Notes under the pieces: model-generated
Told to the model about the DNA's origin: nothing
Database searches by the model: none
The model's input: only the letters and a program-made list of their open reading frames with translations
Assembly: GCF_009914755.1 (NCBI RefSeq)
Contig: NC_060931.1
Origin: the human T2T-CHM13v2.0 reference genome, Homo sapiens
Reading direction: 5' to 3' (one strand)
Length of the DNA: 64,000 bases
Shown: positions 38,053 through 51,830 of the stretch, piece by piece
Layout of the letters: every line of letters begins with the position of its first letter
Numbering within the stretch: position 1 is the stretch's first letter
Program-made: the position numbers and the translations under genes

Positions 38053-38959
38053 GCTGAAGAACTGTCCATTGTAATCCAGCATTATAAACTATAGAGATAC
38101 TGCTTTTATCAGTTCTATATGATGCTTGTCTTCACATTATATAGAATTTTCATTAATCCATGAGACAAGAATATAATAATATAATCATTATGCACAACTT
38201 TGTTTTAAATGTAAAACAAATTCTGACTTCAGGACCAAACTAAAGGCCAGACTTTTAAAACTTAAAAACTGCAGGATAAGACAAAAAAAGAAACCGCTTT
38301 TACTCCCCAAAAAATCACCCAATGATTGAATCTGCACCTATAAGTTAAAGCATCATATTGATATTTTGTACTGCAATGCACTAACCTACAATTATCTAAC
38401 ACAACCAACAAAATTATAAATACATCCATATTTCTCAATAAATTATGTTATCTCATTCCACATTTAACATAAAAATATGAGTTATAAAATTCCAAAACAT
38501 ACACTTATTTCAATTTTGTCCTAAGTATTACTTTCTAGTTTCTGAATTGCAGGAATAGGATGCATTAAAATCACGGCACCCCAGTTCTTCAAATTCAATA
38601 GAAAGGAAAGAAAACGTCCTAAAAGCATGGAGAGGTATACCTAGCCCTAAATGATAACCTCTGAGGTGAAGTGACTTTTTCTTACTAGTCCTTCAACAAT
38701 ATCGCAGACTTACCACAAGGCTGCATTTGGCAAGTTTAAAACACTTCCTCAAATCTGAGAGTCAGCTCACCTTAAGTGTTCATAGCATGGGAGGCCAGTG
38801 AACCAGAATGAATTAGGCTTGTATTTTAACACACGAGATCTCATAGTAAGTAGCTATTAATCACAGGAGATGAAATGTGAATAGTCACAAAACACACTAC
38901 TACTTTACTGAAGAGTCCTTTGAACTTCCACTTCACAACTTTCAAACTATTTAAGATGC

Positions 38960-39329
38960 TGATATGGTTTGCCTGTGTCCCCACCCAAATCTCATCTCGA
39001 ATTGTAATTCCCATAATCCCCATGTGTCGTGGGAAGGACCCAGTGGGAGGTAACTGAATCATAGGGGTGGTTTCCCCCATGCTGTTCTCATGATATTGAG
39101 TGAGTTCTCATGAGATCTGATGGTTTTATAAGCGTCTGGCATGTCCCCCGCTGGCACTCATTCTCTCTCCTGCCACCCTGTGAAGAGGTGCCTTCTGCCA
39201 TGATTGTAAGTTTCCTGAGGCACCCCAAGCCATGTGGAACTGAGAGTGAATTAAACCTCTTTACTTTATAAATTACCCAGTCTCAGGTATTTCTTCATAG
39301 CAGTGTGAGACAGAAAACAGACTAATACA
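38960..39329 (+). mobile_element. THE1 MaLR solo LTR, TSD GATGC/GATAC
   Basis: TGATATGGTTTG…CCCCACCCAAATCTCATCT…CAGACTAATACA. Confidence 0.93.
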
Positions 39330-39895
39330 GATACCAAAACATAATCTACCACCTTTAACAATGACTTCTCTCTTCCTTTCTTCCTCCTCCCCTCCTTTTC
39401 TCTCTTTCTAAAATCCTTTTTATTACACACTAAATATTTTATGGAAAGTCTATCAATAAACAGACAAAAGGAGATAAAATTATATCTTGCACGTTTATGC
39501 AGATTTGTTCTAGCGTTTGTGTTACACTCTCTCAATCCTGTCTTTCCCTGCCTCCAACCAGCCCCTAAGAAATATATGAACTAAAGAGTAGGGCTCCCAA
39601 AACAAATAACACATGCATTATACCTGTAATATACATGAGCTAAACAGTGTTAATAGTGTCTGAAGTGTTACAATATATGAACTACACAGTGTCAGCTCCT
39701 TGGAACCATTTAAAACCCACTGTCCAAAAGAAGTTGTCATTGTAATGTTAAATAATTATAACACTGTAACAATAATTTTTAGGATGATAATCAGTGTTGG
39801 GAAATCAATCACCATAAAATTTAGACTTCCTTTGATATTCTGGTAAGAACTATTTCTTAGTAATTAAACTTGTTTTCTTCAGGTATGTGCCTGGG

Positions 39896-40346
39896 TGCTG
39901 GGAGACAATCTCCACGGCGCTCTCACATTTCTGTACATCTCACAAGCAGAGGCAGGGACAGACCTTATTTGGAACTGTCTTCTTAAGGTCGTACAGCAGA
40001 TGGCCTTGGGATTTAGAGATAGTGTATCTCTGAAGCAAAGGACAGGTTTGTTTACTGTCTGGTAGCACAATGTTCACCTCCAAGCAAAGGTTAGACAGGG
40101 TTGCTTGCAGCCCGATATAAATATGGTGGGTTCCCCAGCTGTGATACAGGCCCACTGTGGGGCTTGGGTTCAAGGGGAACTGGCACCAAAAGGAAGCTTG
40201 TGCACTCGGTTATGTGCTGTGCATAACCAAGTCCTTTGTCTCTGACCCAGACATCTCAGGTTTACAACTAGCATCCATGAAACTCGGAGACTAACTTGTT
40301 AGTTTGCAAGCAGAATAAAATCTCAGACTTTTCACAGTTCTTGACG
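39896..40346 (+). mobile_element. ERVL LTR (LTR40-like) followed by internal sequence
   Basis: TGCTGGGAGACAATCTCCA… start and …CACAGTTCTTGAC end; followed by gtttttggcaacaagg (PBS-like position). Confidence 0.65.
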
Positions 40347-43300
40347 GTTTTTGGCAACAAGGATAGGGGACTAATAGATGGCTTTCTGGAAAAGAAAGAG
40401 GAGGGGCCCATGCAGATTGGCTTAAGGAATATGAGAAGACTCCTGGGATCTATTAATAGCAGTGAGTGTGCTCACCCAAGTGGTGGGCAAGCAGGAGGAG
40501 CAGGGACCCCAAGCAGTCCTAGCTGCTGGTGACAGTCTGCAGGCTGAGGTAAGCAGTGAGGCTGAGCCCACTGCTGGCTAGGTTGTCACTCCCTCTCCTC
40601 TGAGCGGAAGCATGAAGGAATGTCATCATGATGGTGTGAACTGTGAGCCATGCAACACCAGGTAAAAGGTCCTGTGGGTACAGCTGCTATTTCAAGGAGT
40701 CCCAAAGCTGAATAAACAGCGTCAGGAATGAGGCTGTAGACCAATGCCTAAACTGATGTCATTACAAATTTGGTTGAGCCATGAGTAGCCACTAGCCACT
40801 CAAAATGAAACGCGCCTTGCTTAACGGTGTGGGCCAGTCGCTTTTGCCATGCTCATTCAACTGTCCTCCCCCAATTCTGACCTCAGATGCTTAGGAAAAA
40901 AGATGATGGGGTAAAGCGGGGGTCTCCCTGTCCTTCAGGGGTGTAAAAGCCGTACAGACCCCCCTGAGCATGCAGGGGAACTTTAGGAAGCAGACGGACT
41001 CAAACTCACGGCTCTGCTGAGTACAGGAGCCCACGTCACCATCCTACCTGGTCCTTCACAAAGGACTGTGAAGTGACTGCACGGAATTGTTGGTGAACAA
41101 TGACAAATTTTTTCTAAATAAAGAGAAATATAAATAACGATATATATAGTTATAAACTAAAATGCAATGCCAAAAAATATTTTTGAAAGATAAATCATTT
41201 AATAATTTTTTATTATCTTATACATTAAGAAGTGACATTCAGATGAGAAAAAAAGAGTTAAAGAAAAAATTCCATTTTAAATAGGGGTCATTTAAAACGA
41301 TAATATTTCACTTTTTACTGACAGCAGAGAAATTAAAGTTAAATAATGCTACTAAAAACTTAAGGTTACCACTAATCTTACTAGTATCAAAATAATAAAA
41401 CTAGTAACAGTAATAGTAACTAGTATCAAAAGTAATATTACTAAGATACTAGAAAACAGAACAAAAATGTAATAGTTAATATAGTAAAAAACAGAAAATC
41501 AAGTTTAGCAAAATATAAACATAACAAAATATATAAAATACGAAAACAGGAAATGATAAAAACCAAATATATCTACTATAACTATATATGCAAATTAGGT
41601 CAAAAAACACAATTAACTGTCTAAGACCTATCAAAACGAAAGTGATACTAAAAAAAGTGAAAATGATTAAAAATTATTGTTTAATTTTTTAAAAATGTAC
41701 AGGAGTCTGGTTTAAATACAGAAGAATGCAAAACAAAAAACATTAAATGGGATAAAGTAGGACATTTCATATTGAAGAAATTTACTATCCACTATATTAT
41801 TATGTTCTATTTCTTTAGATTAACTGGTGAGTACATAGCGCTTCATTGTTATTATTCTTTATACAATATTTAAATAAACAGAAAACGAGGCTGGGCACAG
41901 TGGCTCACACCTGTAATCCCAGCACTTTAGGAGGCCAAGGCGGATGGATCCCTTGAGGTCAGGAGTTCAAGACCAGCATGGTGAAAGCCCGTCTCTACTA
42001 AAAACACAAAGATTAGCTGTAATCCCAGCTACTTGGGAGGCTGAGGCAGGAGAATCGCTTGAACCTGGGAGGCGGAGGTTGCGTTGCAGTGAGCCAAGAC
42101 TGCACCACTACACTCTAGCCTGGGCAACAGAGTGACTCGGTCTCAAAAAAAAACAAAAAAGTAAATAAATAAATACAACAGAAAACCTTTATTCATTATA
42201 TTTAGCATGTTTATGCAAATTTGATAAGAAATTCATTTAGAATTTTAAAAATAAAAAATTCCTAAGTATGCCTCCATTGTGATGGGCTGCCACCACTCAG
42301 TGAATACCATCAGCTTCTGATGCAGCCAAAGGTCAGAGAGCCCAGCCTCGACATTAGGAGGGCTCAGGGGATTGAGGGCCTAACTGGGTGGTTTGGCTTC
42401 AGCAGTGGATTAGGAAATAGGGTTTCCCCCAGGAGGTATCTGCCACTTTTTCACATGAAACCTTGATACCAGGTAGCGCCAGGCAGGTTGAGCTCTGGAA
42501 GAGACCATTTTTATTTGGCTAGGAGGCCTGTTAAGCTTCTTCCATTTTACTGGACATGGAATCTAAATTGTTCCACCCCAGAAGAGGGATGCCAGGCTAG
42601 AGAGTCACATGGCCCCACAGGTTGGGTAATCCATTTCAACAAGAGCTGAGCAGCAGATTCACAGCTGTCCTTTCTCAGGAGTCCACTCGGAGGCAGTGGC
42701 AGGCAGGAGAGGCACCTGCTATTTTAGGAAATGGCCTCCTGGAGTATTTGTGAGCTATTAAGTCTCTCACAAAAGCTGAGATATTCGCTTCTCCTCCTGG
42801 GGCCCTATACTGTTTATATTGGGCCAAAGGGAAGGCACAGTCCCTGAGGCCAAGCTTGCATAGTATGATCATGTAAAACACGAATACCAATTTAATATAG
42901 AGTCAGCAGTGCAAGCTACATCACAGATGGAATAAGCCCAAACACCCTACTCAAAAAGTCACCTGATGCCAGGCTCAGTAGCTCACACCTGTAATCCCAG
43001 TGCTTCAGGAAGCTGAGGCACCACTCATTTCAGGACTGAGACTCCTTGACTCAGCAGCCACACCCATAATGCCTTCTGACTGGAGCTGGGGGCTTACTGC
43101 CCTGGTGTCATACCAACATTCCTTCGTCTTACAACAGGAGAGGAATGAACGACAGCCAAAGCACCATTCAGACTCATTACAGGTAGGAGTAATGTAATTA
43201 CCAGGGGCCCTTCCTCCTCCGCCTCCCTCTCACCACTGAGTTGAGCACATCCACCACCAGATCTGAAGGTCTTTTCATATCACTAAACCTGGAATACAAG

Positions 43301-43810
43301 GTCCTTGTTCTTCCTCTGCACCATCCAATCTCACTGCCAAAACTGTCAGGTCTGGGGTCTGGTTCTATCCTTACAAATTAATAAGTTAGCCTGTCGCTGT
43401 TACATGGATGCTGGCAGGAGACACAAGACTCCTGGATCAGAAGCAAAGGATTTTATTACTCCGGTACAGCAAGAGGCATGAGTGCCAGCAGGTCATTTCC
43501 CCTGCTCCCAAGTCTTATGGATGGATGTTGCATATGCGACAGATCTGTGCAGCAGCTAAAGAACAGTGAGCGTGGGGAATCCACTGTTTTCACAGCACGT
43601 GGTAATAAGCCAGGCTGCTCTGTGGCCCAGAGGGAGCCATCACTTCATCCCTCAAGTTTGCTCAGAAGAAACACAACCCTAACAAATGGCCCAGGTAAAG
43701 AGCAGTCAAGACCTCACAGTCTTGGCACACCCAGAAAGAAAACGCAGGAATGCTTACGGCCCATGCAGACCGCCTCTCCTGACACACCACTCTATCAGTC
43801 TGTGACTGCC
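40347..43810. mobile_element. Fragmented ERVL internal/LTR pieces interleaved with L1M and Alu
   Basis: GC-richer retroviral-like blocks at 40347-41090 and 42270-43810, separated by A-rich L1-like sequence and an Alu. Confidence 0.5.
41889..42173 (+). mobile_element. Alu (AluS) with small internal deletions
   Basis: Dimer lacking short segments (…gaccagcatggtg…, …attagctgtaatccc…). Confidence 0.92.
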
Positions 43811-43978
43811 CAAGAATGAAAAAATATTAACAATGATACACAGAATCTGAAAAATAATAACAAGGTTGACTTAATAAACCTAAAGTAATCCCTTATAGGG
43901 AATATACCTCTATTTCAATCACTAAAGGAAAATTTACAAAAATGAATTTGAAATTAAACTACAAAAAGTATGTCTATC

Positions 43979-44102
43979 TTTTTTTTTAAGATGAGATCTC
44001 ACTATGTTTCCCAGGCTGGTCTCTAACTCCTAGGCTCAAGTGATCCTCCCATCTCAGCCCCCTGAGTAGCTGGGATTACAAGTGCGCACCACCCTGCCCA
44101 AC
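43979..44102 (-). mobile_element. Alu monomer (FLAM-like)
   Basis: Single arm. Confidence 0.8.
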
Positions 44103-44391
44103 AAAATATATCAAGTTCTAAACTGCATCAGAACTACTGCATTAACAACAGAGAATAAGTCAAAATATCTGAATGCAAAAAATTAACAACAAAGCTTAAA
44201 TTAAAATACACTAATGCAATCATAGGCCAACTAAAAAGTAACAAAACAAGAATACTTTATAAAAACATAAAGTGTAGAAAATCTGTATTCAGATGCTCAA
44301 ATAAATGAGTTTTATTATGAAAGAAAAAATAAAAATAAAAATGAAGCACTCAACTCAAGAATTTGTAAAAGGAACAACAAAATAAATCCTA

Positions 44392-44733
<342 letters not shown>

Positions 44734-45727
44734 TTAAAGTAAGTATAATAAAAAAGAGCAAAAAAGTAGGAAAAAATAAATCGAAGAATTCAGAATTCAA
44801 AAGAATTCTGATAAATGTCTGGCTAGAAAAATCAACAAAATAAAGTAGCAAAAACACATTAGAAATATGAAAAAAATGTAATCAAGACATAAGATTTTAA
44901 AAAGAATACCAAGTATAACTGTCAATAAATGGGAAAACAAACGACTTGAGGAACTAGAAAAACAAGAGCAAACCAACCCCAAAGCTACCAGAAGACAAGA
45001 AATAACCAAAATCAGAGCTGTTCTGAATGAAATAGAGACACGAAAAACCATATGAAAGATCAATGAAACCAGGAGTTGATTCTTTGAAAGAAAAAATAAG
45101 GTAGATAGACTGCTAGCTAGACTAATAAAGATAAAAAGAAGATCCAAATAATCACAATCAGAAGTGACAAAGACGGCATTACCACTGACCCCACAGAAAT
45201 ACAAAAAACCATCAGGGACTATTATGAACACTTTCATGCATACAAACTAGAAAACTTAGCAGAAATGGATAAACATACAAACATTCCGGGAAACATACAG
45301 CCTCCCAAGACTGAACCAGGAAGAAATTCAAACCCTGAACAGATGAATAATGAGTTCTGAAACTGAGTCTGTAATAAAAAGCCAACTGACTAGAAAACGC
45401 TCAGGATCAGATAAATTCATGACCGAATCCTATCAAATATTTAAAGAACAGCTGGTACCATTCCTACTGAAACTATTCCAAAAATTTAAAAATAAAGGAC
45501 ACCTCCCTAACTCATTCTATGAGGCCAGCATCATTCTGATACCAAAACCTGGCTAAGACACAAAAAGAAAAAGAAAACTTCACACCAATATTCTTGATAA
45601 ACACAGATGCAAAATCCTCAACAAAATACTAGCAAACCAAATCCAGCAGCACATCAAAAAGCTAATCCACCATGATCAAGTAGGCTTTATCCCTGGGATG
45701 GAAGGTTGGTTCAACACACTCAAATCA

Positions 45728-46081
<354 letters not shown>

Positions 46082-46350
46082 TCAACGGATGCAGAAAAAG
46101 CTTTCTATAAAATTCAACATCCCTTCATGTTAAAAACTCTCAACAAACTAGGCTTTGAAGGAACATATGTGAAAATAATAAGAGCCATCTTTGACAAACC
46201 CACAGCCAACATCATATGGAACAGGCAAAAGCTGGAAGCATAGCCCCTTGAGAACCGTAACAAGACAAGGATGCCCATTCTCACCACTCCTATTCAGCAT
46301 ATTACTGGGAAGTCCTGGCCAGAGAAATCTGGCAAGAGAAAGAAATAAAA

Positions 46351-46680
<330 letters not shown>

Positions 46681-47423
46681 TCATATAGGAAGAGGAAGTC
46701 AAATTATCTCTGTTTGCAGATGATATAATTTCATATCTAGAAAATCCCATAGTGTCTGCTCAAAAGCTGCTGGATCTAATAAGCAATGCCAGCAAAGTTT
46801 CAGGATATAAAATCCATGTACAAAAATCAGTAGCACTTCTATAGACCAATAACATCCAAGAATGGCCACAAAAAAATGAAACAAAATAAAATAAAATAAA
46901 ATAAAAACCTAGAAATACAGCTAGTCAGGGAGGTGAAAGGTCTCTACAAGAATTAAAAAACACTGCTCAAGGAAATCAGAGATGACACAAACAAATGCAA
47001 AAACATTCCATGTTCATGGATAGGAAGAATCATTGCTAAAATGGCCATACTGCCCAAAGCAATTTACAGATTCAATGCTATTCCTATCAAACTACCAATG
47101 ACATTCTTCACAGAATTAAAAAAAACTACTCTAAAATTCATATGGAACCAAAAGAGCCCATATAGTCAAAGCAATCCTAAGCAAGAAGAACAAAGCTGGA
47201 GGTGTCACACTACCCAACTTCAAACTATACTACAAGGCTACAGTAACCAAAAGAGCATGGTACTGGTATAAAAACAGACACATAGATCAATGGAACACAT
47301 AGATCAATAGAGGGCCCAGAAATAAAGCCACACACCTACAACCATCTGAACGTCAACAAAGTCGACAAAAACAAGCAAAGGGGAAAGGATTCCCTCTTCA
47401 ATAAATGGTACTGGGATAACTAG

Positions 47424-47546
<123 letters not shown>

Positions 47547-48330
47547 TAGGAAATACCATTCTAAACAGAGGCCCTGGCAAAGATTTCAGGATGAAGACAC
47601 CAAAAGTAACTAAAACAGAAACAAAAATCGACAAATGGGACCTAATTAAACTAAACAGCTTCACAGCAAGAAACAAGCAAACAAACAAACAAACCAACAG
47701 AGTAAACAACAAGCTAAAGAATGGGAGACAATATTTGCAAACTATGCATCTGACAAAGGTCTAATGTCCAGAATCTATAAGGAACTTAAACACATTAATA
47801 AGCAAAAAAAAACCACACTAAAAAGTGGGCAAAGAATAGGAAGAGACACTTTTCAAAAAAAGAAATACATGTGGCCAAGAAGCACATGAAAAAAATGCAA
47901 CAACACTAATCATTACAGAAATGCAAATAAAAACCACAATGACACACCACCTCATACCAGTCAGAATGGCTATTATTAAAAAGTCAAAAAAACAACAGAT
48001 GCTGGTGAGGTTGCAGAGAAAAGGGAATCCTCATGTACTGCTGGTGGGAATATAAATTAGTTCAGCCATGTGGAAAGCAGTGTGGCGACTTCTCAAAGAA
48101 CTTAAAACAGAACTACCATTTAATCCAGCAATCCCATTATTGGGTATATACTCAAAGGAATATAAATGATTCTAACATAAAGATATATGCACTCATATGT
48201 TCACTGCAGCACTATTCACAATAGCAAAGGCATGGAATAACCTATATGCTCATCAAGGGCAGACTGAATGAAGAAAATGTGGTACATATACACCATGGAA
48301 TACTATGCAGCAATAAAAACAAATGAGATC

Positions 48331-48620
<290 letters not shown>

Positions 48621-48867
48621 AGGAATGAGATCATGTCTTTTGCAGCAACATGGATGGAGCTGGAGGCCATTGTCCTAAGCGAACTAATGCAGGGATAGAA
48701 ATCCAAACACTGCATGTTCTCCCCTGTAAGTGGGAGCTAAACATTGAGTATACATGGACGAAAAGAAGGGAACAACAGACACTGGGGCCTACTTGAAGGT
48801 GGACGGTGGGACAAGGGGAAGGATCTACCTATCTATCAGGTACTATGCTTATAACCTGGGTGACGAA

Positions 48868-49177
<310 letters not shown>

Positions 49178-49639
49178 CTAAATAATTTTACCAAATATTT
49201 TAAAAGATCACACATGCACACATACATTGACAAACTAAACAACCTCCACCTCTAATTGTAAAAAAACAGATGAATGAATTATTATACTTCCATAGCGTAA
49301 GACATTATATCTTAAATCATGGTGAATGTTCATAATATAACCTCACTGCATAAACAGTATGACCTATTTTTAAAAATACATTTAGAAAAAATATGTGAAC
49401 ATGTATAATTAACAGTCTTATCTCTAGAACTACAATTATAGGGAATAATTCTTCCATTATACTTTATGCTTTTCTGTTTTTTTCTGAATTTTTTAGAGTG
49501 GGTGTGTATGACTTATGTAGTAAGAGTACCAACTAATGTTCTTTTTAATTTTTAATTTTTTCTTAAGAAGTAACTTCCAAGAGACTGGAACCCAAAAAAG
49601 CTTTTAAAAAATATATCTGATTTCAGTTTATGAGACATA

Positions 49640-49970
49640 CTAGGCTGGTTAAGAGCCCCAATGCCAGAAGTAAATTGCTTGGGTCCAAATCCTGTTTCCA
49701 CTACTGTATAACCTTGGGCGAATTACTAAGCTTTGCTGTGCCTCAGTTTCCTCCCATGTGAAATGAGGATATGAATAGCACCCCTACCTTATAGGGTTGT
49801 TATAAAGATCGAATGAGTATTATATATATATGAGTTATATATATTATATATGTAAATTATACATATTTTATACATTTTTATATATGTAAATTATATATAT
49901 TTTATATATATATATGCTTAGGACAATATCTGGTTCTTAGTAAACACAATGTAATGGTTCACTATAATGA
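49640..49970. mobile_element. MIR with internal (TA)n expansion
   Basis: ccttgggcgaattactaagctttgctgtgcctcagtttcctc…gaaatgagg MIR core. Confidence 0.8.
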
Positions 49971-49999
49971 CTCAAACTATTACCTTTGTCTCTGAAATT

Positions 50000-51830
50000 T
50001 CCAAGGCTTGGGAGTTCACATATCATTTGTGTTTCTAAATTAAATGTATGCCACCTTCTAATGCCATCCTATCACTCTCTTCCCAACTTTGTTCCCGACC
50101 ATCTACAAACCTATAAGAAGCAGTCCCATCTTTCTCCATGATATGAGCACCTGGTTCACAAGTACTTCTTATCACATCCCCTGCCCTCGTAAGTAACATC
50201 CTAGCTCATCACCTCAATTCCAGTGAGATTCATTCCCATTCTACAGTAGCCACCCACACATGCATTGATCCTATTCCACCATCTCTCAGGATCACCTCTA
50301 AGAACTCCAACTTTGAAACTGCCCTCTTAGTCCACAATTTCCTGTCTTTTCTTGTCCCCTCAGTGCCCTAGCCTAGCTCTGCCTCCACATCCTCAGAACC
50401 TTCACTCCCTTGTTCCCTCCTAATCCTTCCAACCAGTCTTCTCTTCCCTGGCCTCAACCCCATGGTTCACTAGTGAATTTTGATGATGAGCCAGTATCAA
50501 CAATATTCTGGAGCTCCCTGAACCTTTGGCTTCCACCAGGCCAGCTTCAACAATCCCCTGGCGCCTACTCCTTGATTCCCAGCCCTGTCAAAAAAAGTTT
50601 GTATTATACAATCATGAGAAAGTTTTACTACGACATTCCAAAGTGGGCCTTCAATGCTACTTGGCAATCTTTATACTGATCTCTGGCTGACTTTAGCAAT
50701 TTTCACAACTTTTTTTTTTTTTTTTGGTTTTGAGATGGAATCTCGCCTGTCGCCCAGGCTGGAGCGCAGTGGCACGATCTCGGCTCACCGCAAGCTCCGC
50801 TTCCTGGGTTCACGCCACTCTCCCGCCTCAGCCTCCTGAGTAGTTGGGACTACAGGCGCCAGCCACCACGCCCAGCTAATATTATCTCTGTATTTTTAGT
50901 AGAGATGGGGTTTCACGGTGTTAACCAGGATGGTCTCGATCTCCTGACCTCATGATCTGCCCACCTCAGCCTCCCAAAGTGCTGGGATTACAGGCATCAG
51001 TCACCACGCCTGGCCTTTCACAACATTTTTTAAAATGTTTTCCTTTCTTTTTTATCTATAATCTCATCCTCTACTTCCTTCCAACTACAATTGACTTTCC
51101 TCTACCTCAGTAGGACACAGCTGAGTGGGGTCTGTGAGTCCCTCACCTTCCCTCCTCTACACCTTAGCTACTGTTTCCATTTCTAATTCTTTCGTTCTAT
51201 AAAAGAAAATACCTTGAATCCCTTTTCTCCTGTGGCCCAATCTCAGATGTTCATCTTCTCACATGTCATATCAGTGCTTCTCAAATGTCAACCTGCATCA
51301 TAATTACCAAGGGGCCTGCCAGTTCCTGAGCATCAACCACAAAGTGGTGACTCAGTTGATTCTGATGAAGACGGTTCACAGATATACTGCTCAGTTTTTA
51401 CCTAAGTGATCTTGCCTCTTCCAATAGCCAACAACTCTGAAGTTTATATCTTTAGTCCAAATCTTACTGCTGTGGCCAAGAACCATATACACCAACTGCC
51501 GTCTTTCATTAGACATCTCACCAGTACCTTAAACTTAATTCTAAGACCAAACTCATCATTTTATTCTCTATCTCTGCTCCTCCTTCAATATCACATACCT
51601 GAAAACATGACATCATTACCCACTTTGTTGTTTATGCCAGATACTTTGGAAACACCCTTGTCACCTACCTTTCCTGCTGAACCCCATACCCTACCCCCAC
51701 CATACACCCTGAGCCTCGGTCCAGTCAAACACCAAGTGCTTCTGATTCTACTGTGTAATTACAACTCAAATTCATCCCTTCTTTTCCTACTGCCACCATA
51801 CCCATCCAAGACGATGATTTTTCTATTATA
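50000..51830 (+). mobile_element. LINE-2 remnants
   Basis: Pyrimidine-rich L2-like sequence (ctctgaagtttatatctttagtcca…; catctcaccagtaccttaaacttaa). Confidence 0.6.
50709..51015 (-). mobile_element. AluY-like, TSD TTTCACAAC
   Basis: gcaagctccgcttcctgggttcacgcca (Y-type), polyT, TSD. Confidence 0.93.

Noticed and set aside
39870-39888. Plus-strand ttgttttcttcag|gtatgt acceptor/donor junction
   Set aside because: Antisense to LMBR1, with no evidence of a plus-strand transcript.
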